A DNA stretch of 64,000 nucleotides from Octopus bimaculoides (taxonomy: Eukaryota), in NCBI RefSeq assembly GCF_001194135.2, contig NC_068984.1:15231425-15295424 (forward strand), written 5' to 3'. Under the pieces are notes generated by a model. That model was not told the origin of the DNA. It saw nothing but the letters and a program-made list of their open reading frames with translations, and did no database searches. The position numbers and the translations under genes are program-made. Shown one piece after another: positions 48,013 to 61,977 of this stretch; position 1 is the first letter of the stretch, and every line of letters begins with the position of its first letter.

Positions 48013-51000
48013 CAAATAATAACTTGGCGATGTTAATTCCGGTCTTAAAAAGAAATTTACCGGTCTTCAAATTACATTGCATTTGCAATGTTCTTCAATT
48101 GATATATTAAAGAAAATCATTTTTTCACTCTAAATATTTTATTCTTTTAGAATCTAATATGAAATTAAATTAAATTTAAAATCATCATTTAATGTTCTAT
48201 CACAAAATGATTGACAACAATCAACACAAATATTAAAACTGAAGTGTTTTCTGGTGCCCCTATTACCTTTAACTTGTTTTAGTCATTAGACTGCGGCCAT
48301 GCTGGAGCGTTACATTGAAAAATTTAGTGTAACAAATCGACCCCAAATCGATTTCTTTTTGCCGAAATACTAAGTTACAAAGTTAAACAAATCTACACCG
48401 GTTGTCAAGCGATGGTTTGTGGGGGACGAACACAAACATACATATAGTCACAGACAGGCTTCCACACAGTTTGTGTTTACTAAATTCACTCATAAGGCAC
48501 TGATCGGTCTGGGGCTAAAGTAGGATGCCACGCATTGGGACTGAACCCGAGATCAAGTGATTGCAACGCAAGCTTCTTAACCATGCCTGCACCTAAATAA
48601 TAAAATCGAGCATTTGAATTTATATGTAAAATTTTAAACGAATAAAGTATTTTATGTATCCTGGTCTACAACTTTCAGTGTACAGTCAACTCTGACACCG
48701 AATATTTCATAAACTGAAAAGTAAGGACTAGAAAATATATTCTTTATTCATGACAGAGCTTACGACTTAAAAATATAATTATTCATATCTTTTGTCTGTC
48801 TGAAAGATTTTGTATTTATATAATGTCATAATTTGTTTTGTAATTTTATTTTGAGGCTATATTTGCTTAGTTCCGGTGCCTCGACACGTACGTTTATTTC
48901 CTTCGCCACATGGTATACCCTAACAACGATCGGGATCAAATCATTTTGAACACCTTTATGGTTAAGTATCAACAAATTTTAGTACTTTTTCATTTTCTTT
49001 CACATTTTTTATATATCACTTGATTGTTAGTGTTGATTAAGCCTTAAGCATCTCGCTCACGGACATCTCATTGATTATAATTTCGCTGTTAGATTTTGTT
49101 GAAGACTCTAAACGTAAAATACATACCCCTATTATAATCCCATTCACTCGCATAGATATATCCTAAACATTAAATATCTTTCTGTCCACTAATCATTTTA
49201 ACTCCCTCGGTACCAGGTTTGTTGTGTGGGATACTTTTTAGTCATAAGCCAAGAGTTCACGGTTTACAAGAACAAACGTATTTATCTCGCTGATTGATTG
49301 TTAAAATTTCATATTATTAGTTTCGCTATTGAGGATGTAATTAAAGAATATTTTCTGACGTCATTATTTACTTTATCCCTTCATACCAGTTCTGTTTCAA
49401 ATATTTTTCAAAGTCTACCGCCAGCGCACTTAGCTATAATTTGTCTCTACTGATTAAGTCTTCAGTTTGTCTCATCCTTGATGAATAAATATATTATTTA
49501 AACACAATATTGACGACTTGTGAAATTACGTTACTTTTAATTTCTGCTTTTCATCATTGTTGATAGTTTTAACGGCATAATTACAGTTTGGTGCCCTTAA
49601 CTTTATTTCTTCATAATTTTCGGAGAAACGTGTATTTTTTTTTTTATGAAATTCTGTGGATATATGTTTTTAATAGTATAGATTACGATTATGCTAATAA
49701 TTTTCAAGGAGTTTTGGCGTGTGAGTTATGCAATGTCGATATTTCGAATGCATAAAGCCAAAGGGAGAAAAAAAAAGTGAATAATGCCAAAGTTAACGGG
49801 AATTGGTTATAAGAAAACAAAGTCTCTAGGGTGAGGGCATCTATCTGCAATATGCCTGCTTAACGACCTACATAGATGAACAGTAACTTATTTCTTTGGT
49901 ATGACGGTTATTTTAAAAACCTGATGTTGAAAACATTGTCAAGAAACACGGGGGAGGGGAGTTCAAGATAGTCTCGCTTGGATTTTTTTCCTTTTACCTC
50001 TAACTTAAGCGACATCACTTTTTAACTTTTTCTTCTACCTCAAACTGACAAGATCCAAAACGTGGAACTACGCACCAATTATCCATTTTAGCGGCAATTT
50101 TTTAAACCTAAATTCTATTTTATTTTATCCTTTTTTTTTCTTTTCGCAACGGTTATCGGATGCCTATTTTTTTAAATTAAAATTTTAAGTTTTCAATCAG
50201 AAACTGCTACGATTCTTGAGGTCAACGTTTCTGCTTTCACTTTCTCTAGTCATTAGCTGGTGAGATTCTATCAAAGCGGCCGGAACTTTTACTTTAATAC
50301 TTTGTCTTGTAATAGAGACTGATTTAGAATTTCGAAACCAGTCGGTCTCGACTGGGGTCTCTATGACCTCGACGGGCCATATAAGATTTTGTTGCTAAAA
50401 TTTACAAGCAATAAATTTTCACATTTAAAAAAAAAAANNNNNNNNNNNNNNNNNNNNNNNNNNNNNNNNNNNNNNNNNNNNNNNNNNNNNNNNNNNNNNN
50501 NNNNNNNNNNNNNNNNNNNNNNNNNNNNNNNNNNNNNNNNNNNNNNNNNNNNNNNNNNNNNNNNNNNNNNNNNNNNNNNNNNNNNNNNNNNNNNNNNNNN
50601 NNNNNNNNNNNNNNNNNNNNNNNNNNNNNNNNNNNNNNNNNNNNNNNNNNNNNNNNNNNNNNNNNNNNNNNNNNNNNNNNNNNNNNNNNNNNNNNNNNNN
50701 NNNNNNNNNNNNNNNNNNNNNNNNNNNNNNNNNNNNNNNNNNNNNNNNNNNNNNNNNNNNNNNNNNNNNNNNNNNNNNNNNNNNNNNNNNNNNNNNNNNN
50801 NNNNNNNNNNNNNNNNNNNNNNNNNNNNNNNNNNNNNNNNNNNNNNNNNNNNNNNNNNNNNNNNNNNNNNNNNNNNNNNNNNNNNNNNNNNNNNNNNNNN
50901 NNNNNNNNNNNNNNNNNNNNNNNNNNNNNNNNNNNNNNNNNNNNNNNNNNNNNNNNNNNNNNNNNNNNNNNNNNNNNNNNNNNNNNNNNNNNNNNNNNNN

Positions 51001-51570
51001 NNNNNNNNNNNNNNNNNNNNNNNNNNNNNNNNNNNNNNNNNNNNNNNNNNNNNNNNNNNNNNNNNNNNNNNNNNNNNNNNNNNNNNNNNNNNNNNNNNNN
51101 NNNNNNNNNNNNNNNNNNNNNNNNNNNNNNNNNNNNNNNNNNNNNNNNNNNNNNNNNNNNNNNNNNNNNNNNNNNNNNNNNNNNNNNNNNNNNNNNNNNN
51201 NNNNNNNNNNNNNNNNNNNNNNNNNNNNNNNNNNNNNNNNNNNNNNNNNNNNNNNNNNNNNNNNNNNNNNNNNNNNNNNNNNNNNNNNNNNNNNNNNNNN
51301 NNNNNNNNNNNNNNNNNNNNNNNNNNNNNNNNNNNNNNNNNNNNNNNNNNNNNNNNNNNNNNNNNNNNNNNNNNNNNNNNNNNNNNNNNNNGATAAAATA
51401 AAACAAGAAATGTGTAATCAATCTACTCACCTTTCTGCAGAGATTTCTTTCAGAGTAATTTCCTAATTTCCCGCAGTAATATGAAATTAGAGCGTGTTTT
51501 TTTTTTTATTTTATATTTCAGAAATGAGTTTTGTCGAGAAGTGTATTCGGGGAAGCCGCGCTGATGGAGT

Positions 51571-52122
51571 TTAGGGAGGATAAACTTCCGCAATGTGTTC
51601 GAGAAATGTATAGAAATTCTCAAAGTTTTTCTTCGCAGTAAATCCATACATTTCTCGATACATTGACTCATCAACGCGGGACCATTTCATGTCGCCCGAT
51701 GATCCAGTCACATATTTCAGCCGTCTTTTAATTCGGAGCGGAGCTTTGTCCAGAAGCATCTTCCCCGAACACACTTCTCTACAAAACTCATACCACTGGA
51801 TTGCGGTTTTGTTATCTACTCCAGTGTATAAAGCCGCAGTAGATATCGGCGCCTCGAAAACGAAATTGAAGACAATATGGAATATTTGTTGTAAGGACAA
51901 CTTTGACTTTTCCATAAAAGTCTTTGTCCTTATTGAAATGTTTTTCTTGCAGTTTTTGCACCGCCACACAAATCCATCCAGCGATCTGGCCGACTTCTTC
52001 AAAGTGATATCGTGTGTGCAAACACACGTTTTACTTGTGGCAATAGTACCGTTGCCTTTCAAGAATTCCAATATATTTTCTGGAGCAAGCTGCTTGAATA
52101 ATTCTTCAATTGGTAAACACAT
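51571..52122 (-). mobile_element. Merlin (IS1595/IS1016-like) DNA transposase ORF, 183 aa, lacking the DDE catalytic core
   Basis: DGFVWRCKNC-x3-SIRTKTFMEKSKL (Zn ribbon region), AIQWYEFCREVC, and C-terminal RIKRR..G..VDESMYR...FLEHIAEVYP. The VEIDES/WVFG/SD.W/VNHS/HTN.IE block is absent. First ATG is at 52122. Confidence 0.8.
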
Positions 52123-52576
52123 TTTCAATACGATCCTTTGCGCTGGTTAACAGGTTGCTTGTCGCTGGTCAAATGATTCTCTTTTAGGGTTCTGCACACG
52201 TGCGAAAAAGGGAAGAATTTGACCGTTGGAATCATGGTCAAATGATTGCCTTCGACACAAAATTCCTTTTGTTTNNNNNNNNNNNNNNNNNNNNNNNNNG
52301 GTCAAATTCTTCCCTTTTGTTCGCGATTTTGGCGGGGTGGGGGATTGAAATTTTTCAAACAACTTTTTTACACAATCATAATCTACGTGTTTTTTTACGC
52401 ATTTCTAAAAAAAAAAAAATTCCGAAAATGGGGTGGGGGCGAAATTTTCAAATTGAGATTTTTGAAATTTTTTTTCCAGAATCGGATTCTCCATGGTCTG
52501 AAACATAGGATTCCATAAAATAAAAAAAAATTAAAACGGGGGGTATACCCAGATTACATATAGTCCATCTGGATCG

Positions 52577-52905
52577 AATAAACTGTTATTCGTGGTTTTT
52601 GTTGATTTGAAGAAAGCATTTCACAAGGTATCACATTCAGTAATTTAGTGGGCCCGGAGGAAACTGGGTGTAGATGAATAGCTTGCATGGGAGGTTTAAG
52701 CTATGTACAAAGATGCTGTAAGTAAAGTGAGAGTGACAATGACATCAGTAATGAATTTAATGTGAAGGTAGGAGTCCCTCCAGGTTCATTCCTCAATCCT
52801 CTCCTATTCAACATAGTCCTTCAAGTCGTCACTGAAGAGTTTAAGACTGATTGTCCAAGGGAACTCCTCTATACTCTTAATCTAGTCCTCATAGCTGAAT
52901 CTATT
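52577..52905 (+). pseudogene. RTE LINE reverse transcriptase fragment
   Basis: FVDLKKAF..V, AMYKDAVSKVR, VKVGVPPGSFLNPLLFNIVL, RELLY...LVLIAES. Confidence 0.8.
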
Positions 52906-55811
52906 GGGGATTTAGTTCCATAAATTCCATAAGTTGTATGGCATTGTGACAATCTGCCTCTCCAACCCTCATTCCCATACAATCTTGCAAACCACCCAGC
53001 TACCTATTTCTCTTCAGCTTGTGCCTTGTGGGGCCATCTGAGAACCTTATTGCCATCATTTATGTCTTGTAGTTCCTACTGATCATTTTCTATTTCTCCC
53101 CCCCCCCCCTTCTCCCCTTCTAGATGGGAGTAACCATGCAGATCCTTCTTCAAGAACCTGCTCTTCTCCACCTCTCTCATTATCCCCTCATCCCCTAGCA
53201 TGAAGCTAATTCCCCATCTCCCCAGGGTTCATATCCTGCAAATTGCATGGTGACCTCAGCAGTGCAGCTGGTATGGAAAAAGCACCTATTCCAGCTGTAA
53301 AATGGTTGGCATCCAGCCATAAAAGTCATGCAGAAGGAGACACTGAAGCTCAATGCAGTCCTTGGACACATCAGATCCATCCAACCCATATCAGCATGGA
53401 ACATGGACAATAAATGATGATGATATATATGGTGCCACATAAAAAGCACCCAATGCACACTGTGAAGTGTTTAGAGTTAGGAAGGGCATCCAGCTGCAGA
53501 AACCAAGCCAATACACACTATGGAACTTGGAGCAACCCCTGCCTTTACCAGTTCCTGTCAAACCATCCGACCCTTGCCAGCATGGAAAATGGACATTAAA
53601 TGATGATGATAATATATATTTTGTGCTGCTCTCTACCCTTTCTCTACTGCAAATTATCATCCCCTCCTGCTTGGGCCACTTCTGTTTCTTATCACCTTCC
53701 ACTCCAAATTCATATTTACCATCAACCACACCTTCACTCTTCTTCACCATTCACAACATTCACCTCTACCCCCATCTCTAACCATTCCTTACTTTCCTCC
53801 CACACTCTTACAAACTTACTCATCAGCTCCTCCCAATCCTCTGTCTCTTCTACTCATCTTCTCATACTTTGGGCATACGCCCTCACACCTTGTCACTACC
53901 ATCTTTATCTCTCTTTCTCACTACTCCCACCCACCGTTATATAATGCAGGGCAGCTGACATGTATAGCAAGACATCTGTTCCTATCCTATCACCTTTCAG
54001 TCTCTCTCAGCATCAACTATAAAGCTACTTACTATGACGCACCCACTCAATCTATTTTCCATGCTGGCATGGGTTAGATCGTTTGACAGGAGCTGGCAAG
54101 CGGGAGAGCTGCACCAGGCTCCAGTTGTCAGTTTTAGCTTGGTTTCTACGACCGGATGCTCTTCCTAATGCCAACCACTTTACAGAGTGTACCATGTGTT
54201 TTTTATGTGGCTCCAGCACAGGTGTTTTTTGTGTGATTTATATTTTTCTTTGTCTTACAAGTTACAAGATAACCTTCACTAGTGTAGGTGGTACAAATAA
54301 TGCATCCTGTACTCTCAGTAAAGTAGTTGGCATTAGGAAGGGCATCCAGCCATAGAAACCATGTCAAAGCAGACACACTGGAGCTTGATGTAATCTTTTG
54401 GCTCATCACATCCTGTCAAACTATCCAACCTATGCCAGTAAAGGAGACAGATTTTAAATGACGATGATAATGATGGCGATTAGTTACTTAGCTTCAGGTC
54501 CTGCTACATTTTGGTACGGTGGTAATTTTGAAAAAACGTAAGTGATAGAATTGTATCTTTAAATATCATCACCGTTTAACGTCCATTTTCCATGCTGGCA
54601 TTGGTTGGACGGTTTGACAAAGGCCTGGAGAGCCAGCAGCTGCACCAGGCTCCAATCTGATCTGGCAATGTTTCTACAGCTGGATGCCCTTCCTAATGCC
54701 AACCACTCCGAGAGTGTAGTGGGTGCTTTTTATATGCCACCGGCACAGGAGCCAATCAGGCAGTCCTGGCATCGATCACATTTGGATAGTGCTTTTTATG
54801 TGCCACCAGCATGGGAGCCAGTTGGGGCGGTGGGTACTGGCATCGACCACGTTTAGATGATGCTTTTTACATATGCCACCAGCATGGGAGCTGGTCAGGC
54901 GGACCTGGTATCGACCACGTTCGGATGGTGCTTTTTATGTGCCACCAGCACAGGAGCCAGTCAGGGGACACTGACATCAACCACGTTCGGATGATGCGTT
55001 TTACGTGCCACGACAATGGGAGCCAGTCAGGGGGCACTGGCCACAGCTACGATTTTGGTTTTACTTGACTCAACAGGTCTTCTCAAGCATATGATATCGC
55101 CCGACGCATCAGGAGTACTCTTAAATGGGCTGGATATGCAACAGTAGCGTCGGTCATGGCTGCGATCTAAAATATCATCTATAGGGTACAAGTTGGCTCC
55201 TTCAAACATATTACATTACTCTGTGATAAAAAAAACTAACATAAAATTCTTGGTTCTATTCTAAAATACATGATCAAAATAATGAAAGTAGTATGTGATA
55301 GCACATTAGTAAGTTACTCTTTCACTTCTCACAGTATGTTCGTTGAATGATGATATCATCATGCTGAGGCACTGTCTTGAAGAGTTCTAATCAAAGTGAC
55401 TCCAATATTTTCAGAGCACTGACTGACACAAGTAAAATATATTCTGTACCTTTGAAACAAAATGTTAGAAACAAAATGTTATAATCACTACATCATTAAT
55501 TTATTAAATTTATTTTTGTTTTCAAAACTATAAAAAATGCATTGTGAGAATGGATATAGTCTCTAAACAATCTTGTGAAAGCAGCAAACATGTTTCGGTC
55601 TTATTAACCCTCTTTAATTAAAGATTTTTCAACTCAGTTATATTACACATATGAATCCCTGACATAGTGTTATCCACTCAAAAGCATACCCTGTACTAGA
55701 TTATTGTCCATGTATTACAGCCAATAACTCAGGCATTTCACTTAAAGTGCAATTTCTTCACTTATGTTCACCAAATTGGCTAATCACATTTATCCAACAT
55801 CTTTGCATACA

Positions 55812-56083
55812 TTATTTACATTGGACGGCTATGTGTCCTCATCTTGTTTGATGTTACCACAACGTTTCGGCTGATTTACTCTCCACCTTTCATCAGGTGT
55901 CCTGGTAAAATTTTGAACCCAACCCTGGGTTCTCATTCCTAAGGTATTGTTTTGCTGATATTATTATTATTATTATTATTATTTATTCAAGGCACTGCCT
56001 GGAATTGAACTCGGAATCTTGGTTAGTAGCCCAATCTCTTAACCATTATACTATATGCCCGTGGGCATATATAGAACAGTATA
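55812..56083. mobile_element. Second copy of the tRNA/hammerhead element with collapsed right arm and 13-bp TSD
   Basis: Hammerhead motif on the minus strand at 55856-55901 (CTGATGA and GAAACGTT intact). Centre gcccGTgggc at 56057-56066. TSD atctttgcataca at 55799-55811 and 56084-56096. Confidence 0.8.
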
Positions 56084-59000
56084 ATCTTTGCATACACATT
56101 AATTAATTTCTTTTATTTGTTTCTGGCTTTTGTGTTGTGCATCAAATACACCACATCTAAGTTTTTTTTTTTTTTTACTTTAGTTGCTACAGGTTCCCTC
56201 GGTACTTTCTAAAAAGGTGCTTTTGATATAGATCTTATAGTTGAATTACAGATATCATATAGACACAAGAGTGGCTGTGTGGTAAGTACAGCTTGCTTAC
56301 CAACCACATGGCTTCGGTTGTCAGTCCAACTGCGTGGTACCTTAGGCAAGTGTCTATTATAGCCTCGGGCTGACCAAAGCCTTGAGAGTGGATTTGGTAG
56401 ACGGAAACGGAAAAAAAAAACCGTCGTATATATGTGTGTGTGTTTGTTTGTTCCCCCAACATCGCTTGACAAACGATGCTGGTGTGTTTAAGTCCCCGTA
56501 ACCGAGCGGTTCGGCGAAAGAAACTGATAGAATGAGTTCTAGGCTTACAAAGGATATGTCCTGGGGTTGATTTGCTCGACTAAAGGCGGTGCTCCAGCAT
56601 GGCCGCAGTAAAATGCCTGAAACACGCAAAAGAGTAAAAGAGATATAGCTTCATAGAAAAGACGTAGTAATTCTCTAAATTTTCTTGATACTATCTTTTT
56701 TTTTTCCTTCTTTCGTTATTATTCTTACATATAAGAGATTACATGGATATGTTAGAAGTGGGATTAGGCAACTAAGGCAGACTTTATAACATACTAAAGA
56801 AAGAACTAACGTAATGTGATAAGCACAATTCATCAAGGTTATATTAAGGGGAGGTAAACATTGCTTATCAAATTAACCAAAATGTAAGGGAGACAAAAAA
56901 ATCTAAAATTTTCCTTTTTTTAAAAATTCGTTAACGCATTACTTCCAATGAGTTTAATATATGAACTGTGATGGTTGCATTTTGCATTTGGTTCCTTGTC
57001 AATTTATTTAAAGTACAAATTTTAATAAGTTATCTAACTTCCCTTTGCAAATAAGAGGACTTCAATATGGTTGCTCGACTTGCTAAAGATAGTTGCCAAA
57101 TTGGCAAATCTTAAGATTCAACAGATAGAAATTGAAAATTTAGTGGCTGGATGTGGTTTTTGTTGAATACTTCCATTTTATAAGATTTTCCTTGCTTAAT
57201 ACTCTCATTCATTAATCTGTTAATCGTTGAATATAAACTCTTAAATTGTTTTAATAACACCTTTGGAATTCATATTGATTATAAAGGTTGACGTTATTTA
57301 TATAAAAACAAGTGTTAGTCCTGGTGAAATGAAGTGCTTCCGCTTAGAAGATGAATGCTTGTAGGAGGCCAGTTTGATTTTTTTCAAAAGCAATGCTAAT
57401 ACATATCTTAGTATGTTTCTCTGAACCATATCAGTGAACGATATCGTCATCATTTAACATCTGGCTTCAATGCTGGGAAATGGCCTTTTAATGCCGATAC
57501 TTTACAGAATACTGGGTGATCTTATCCTGGCACCAGCACTAGTTAACTAACGGGGCTAAGAACCTAAGGTGGCCCCCTACAACTGTGGGAGAACAAAAGA
57601 GAAAACTGGTGATGATTCTAGGCAGTTGAATGGGAAGAAGACAAGATGGGGGAGTATAGGGGAGAGAAGAGATTTGTGACAGGGTTTAGGGAGAAGAAAG
57701 ATGATATAGAGTTCTCTGTAGAAAAATGTCTGGCTGTATTATGTTCTTCACTTATTTCCAAGTAATTTTAAAATCTTTCACTTTTTACGTGTAGATTCAT
57801 AAAGTTTACCCACAGGAGAGCATCATTTTATACTGCACATGACAATCGGCTAAAAGTCAAACTCTAGCTCTTTAGCATTCAAACCAGCCAGATCAGGCCC
57901 AAATATTCTACTTGTTTTGTGTTCAAACTGACCAGATTAGACCTCTCTATCCTGCAATCATCATCATCATCATTTAACGTCCGCTTTCCATGATAGCATG
58001 GGTTGGACGATTTGACTGGGGACTGGCGAACCAGATGGCTACACAAGGCTCCAATCTGATCTGGCAGAGTTTCTACAGCTGGATGCCCTTCCTAATGCCA
58101 ACCACTCCGAGAGTGTAGTGGGTGCTTTTACGTGCCACCGGCACGAGGGCCAGTCACATGGTACTGGCAACAGCCATGCTCAGAAAGGTGATTTTTACGT
58201 GCCACCTGCACAGGATCCAGTCCAGCGGCACTGGCAACGACCTTGCTCAAATGATTTTCTAACTTATTAATCGCAATTTGTTCCATCCCTTCCAGCACTC
58301 ACAGCTGCATGTCCAGTGAGTGAGTCTCTATACAGTTACTCAACTTGCTACAAACAGCAGTCAAGTCTCATTCAAATGGCACCCTACTATCTTAAGAGAA
58401 GGACACATTAAAATCCTAAAAGGATTGGTTGGTTACAAATGGAAAACCTTTGTTCACAAGTCTTCTTATCTTGAAACCAAACATATTCAATCTTTCTAAA
58501 ATATCTATACATATTAATAAAACATTTAGACACTACTAGAATATAATCCTACAATCATTACTCCCAAACAATACTTTGATACAATCCTAAAATCACTGTC
58601 TCTTATCTGACCGACACCAAAATAGCACACAGCATCAGTTATCTCCCTTCGTTCATCCTTGTTTTCTTGCCATCGAAAAGCAATCGAATTTAGTTTTCCA
58701 ATTCCAATTCGAAATATTATAACACACTTTTATATAACTACATTTAACACGAACCAATGATGGAGCCCTCAATGAGTTACTTAACCCCCTAAAAAAAAGT
58801 GTAAATTCCTAAAAACTCTTTCTACCTCCTTTTATTCAACATATTTCCCTCCCAGATTCACACACTTATTGCAGCAGTCCTTCAGTTTTTCTAAGCCCTG
58901 TAAAATAACTTGCAAGATTAGGCCTCCAACCAGGCCTTTCGTGATACCCTTAAAGCCAGGAACCTTTCAGCACCCCCTCGAACATAAGGACTGCTCTTCA

Positions 59001-60517
59001 TACAAAGTTTAGTTTGAACAAATGGACTATATGTATGTATGATGCACATACTCCATCATTTGTTGTATGTTATGCTTATTTAATATAAAGCATCATCGTT
59101 TGTGATATGTTGCATATGGGTAATATACATATTCCACAAATCATGCTCTTCGAATGATTAATACCAAATACTTAGACTTGCGAGTAATCAAATCTAGTAA
59201 TTAAAAAATAAAACATTCACGAAACCGAAAAGCGGTTCCTCTATTTCTGTTAACGAACAGGTACGTTAGATATTCTCGATTACGTCCCTTGGACTGATTA
59301 CACGATAACCAAGCTCACCCTTTAACATTTAAACCAGCCACGTCCGGCCCAAATATTCTACATAAATAATCACATCATCAAAATCTTGAAAGCTATGAGA
59401 TAATGCATGATTAATTCAAAACAATATGAATGAATAAGCTCTACTTTTCACGGAATAAACTGTATGCCATTTTATCCTTATATCTAAAACTTAATCTCTC
59501 TTTTTCAAAGTTGATGCTTATTAATAACAAAATCTTTATTTCCATTCTATAGACAATAGCATTAAATCTATTATTGATTTGATTATATTTTTTATATGCG
59601 TCTTTAAATTATCAGTTAATGAAAGCATTGAAGTATAAAATCCATATTCCGTTTTTAAGTTATGAGTGTTATATATGTTCTTTGAGAGATTTTTAAGATC
59701 CAGTCGTTAGTTCTTTTAATTTAAAGTGTGTCTGTTCAGCCCTTTTAGTGACTACATCTTTTATCTCTTACTTGTTTCAGTCATTAGACTGCGGCCATGT
59801 TGGGGCACCGCTTTGAAGAATTTATAGTGCAATGATTCAACCCCAATACTCTTTTGCTGAACCTTAAAATGACAGTGACATAAACACGCCAACACCTTTT
59901 GATAAGCGGTGTGGGGGACAAATACACACACACACACACGTATGTATATTTACGATGGGCTTCTTTCATTTTCTATCTACCAAATCCACTCACAGTTTCT
60001 TATTTCTTTACTGCCCACAAGGGGCGACACACAGAGGGGACAAACAAGGACAGACAAACGGATTAAGTCAATTATATCGACCCCAGTGCATGACTGGTAC
60101 TTATTTAATCGACCCCCAAAAGGACGAAAGGGAAAGCCTTGGCAGAATTTAAACTCAGAATGAACCGGCAGACGAAATACCGCTAAGCATTTCGCCCGGC
60201 GTGCTAATATTTCTGCCAGCTCGCCACCTAATTCACAGTTTCTGTCTACCAAATCCACTTATACAGTGGGACTGAACCCTGGAGCCATATGGTCTGGAAG
60301 CAAGCTTGTTACCACACAGCCATGCCTAGACTATCAAACTGTTTTGTTTAATGCTCAACATAGGGATGATGGTCAACTTCATTGGCCTTGTGGCAGAAAT
60401 TGTGAAGAAGCCTTTTTTGATTTTTTCCAATTTCTTTTAGTCATGGGCTGCAACCATGCTGGACCACCACCTTGAAGGGTTTTGTTAAACGAATTAACCC
60501 CCAGTGCTTGTTTATTA

Positions 60518-60990
60518 AGTTTGGATGTGCAATGTCAGTGTGCATATACAACAGTGCATAAGTGTCTTGAGAGAAAAGTTGAGCATAAGAGGCATCAGAT
60601 GTGGTGTGCAAGAGAGACGACTGTGCTGGTATGGTCATGTGATGCATAAGGTTGAGGACAGCTGTGTAAAGAAGTGCCAATCTCTAACTGGAGGGAAGCT
60701 GTGGAAGGGGTAGACCCAGAAAGACATGGGATGAGGTAGTGAAGCATCTTCTTCGAACTTTGGGCTACATGGAGACAATGACAAGTGACCGAGACCTTTG
60801 GCAATATTCCGTGCTTGAGAAGACCCATCAAACTAAGTGAAATCATAGTCATGGCCGATGTCAGTGTCACATAGCTGACACCCGTATTGGTGGTACATAA
60901 AAAGTACCCTTCAAACGTTAGGCAATATGTTGTGCTTGAGAAGTAGACCCATCAAGCCAAGTGAAATTGTAGTCGTGGCCAATGCCAAAT
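60518..60990 (+). mobile_element. RTE LINE 3' fragment
   Basis: LREKLSIRGIRCGVQERRLCWYGHV, GRPRKTWDEVVK; homologous to 43800-44150. Confidence 0.8.
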
Positions 60991-61513
60991 ACATATTCTG
61001 GATAGGCTGTAGGTAACATTCGAAGGTTCTATGATAATTATTTCTAGTTTCCAGGCTTATTGAAATAGAAGAGGATAAAGTGTTCTTTCTTAAATGCTAA
61101 TACTTACTTGAAGAAGAAGGGACTGCTCCTGTGAACACTGAAAGCTCTTCTAGGCTTGTTAAGTCAGTGGGGTTGTTTAGACTAAAATTGTGTATAGAAA
61201 ATTTTAGCAGGGGACATTTTGAGGGATACAGTTCTAGCGAGATAGGATTTAGCGAAATGTTTAATATTGGGCAATAGGTGAGATGCAGAAATGGTGAGGG
61301 ATAGGTAGTTCGCATATACAGCTCTTTCAGGTAAGCGAAAACCATTACAGTGAAAGAAATAGTGCATTTATATAGGTCACTGGCTATAGTATGTTAGTGA
61401 ATGAATCTTTGCCAAATACTCAAATGGTTTTCTTTGATATACAATCTAAGATATGTGCAAAGCAGCAACAACAGCACTGGCATATATATATATAGATATA
61501 TATATATATATAC

Positions 61514-61566
<53 letters not shown>

Positions 61567-61944
61567 NNNNNNNNNNNNNNNNNNNNNNNNNNNNNNNNNN
61601 NNNNNNNNNNNNNNNNNNNNNNNNNNNNNNNNNNNNNNNNNNNNNNNNNNNNNNNNNNNNNNNNNNNNNNNNNNNNNNNNNNNNNNNNNNNNNNNNNNNN
61701 NNNNNNNNNNNNNNNNNNNNNNNNNNNNNNNNNNNNNNNNNNNNNNNNNNNNNNNNNNNNNNNNNNNNNNNNNNNNNNNNNNNNNNNNNNNNNNNNNNNN
61801 NNNNNNNNNNNNNNNNNNNNNNNNNNNNNNNNNNNNNNNNNNNNNNNNNNNNNNNNNNNNNNNNNNNNNNNNNNNNNNNNNNNNNNNNNNNNNNNNNNNN
61901 NNNNNNNNNNNNNNNNNNNNNNNNNNNNNNNNNNNNNNNNNNNN

Positions 61945-61977
<33 letters not shown>

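Noticed and set aside
50389-51430. Long ORFs in the track (335 and 342 aa; also at 9.2, 42.1, 43.5 and 61.4 kb)
   Set aside because: They are runs of X through N gaps and TA microsatellites.
59221-59270. First exon of a plus-strand gene (CAG|GTACGT donor in a mildly CpG-rich patch)
   Set aside because: A single donor-like site with no supporting coding exon downstream in the window.
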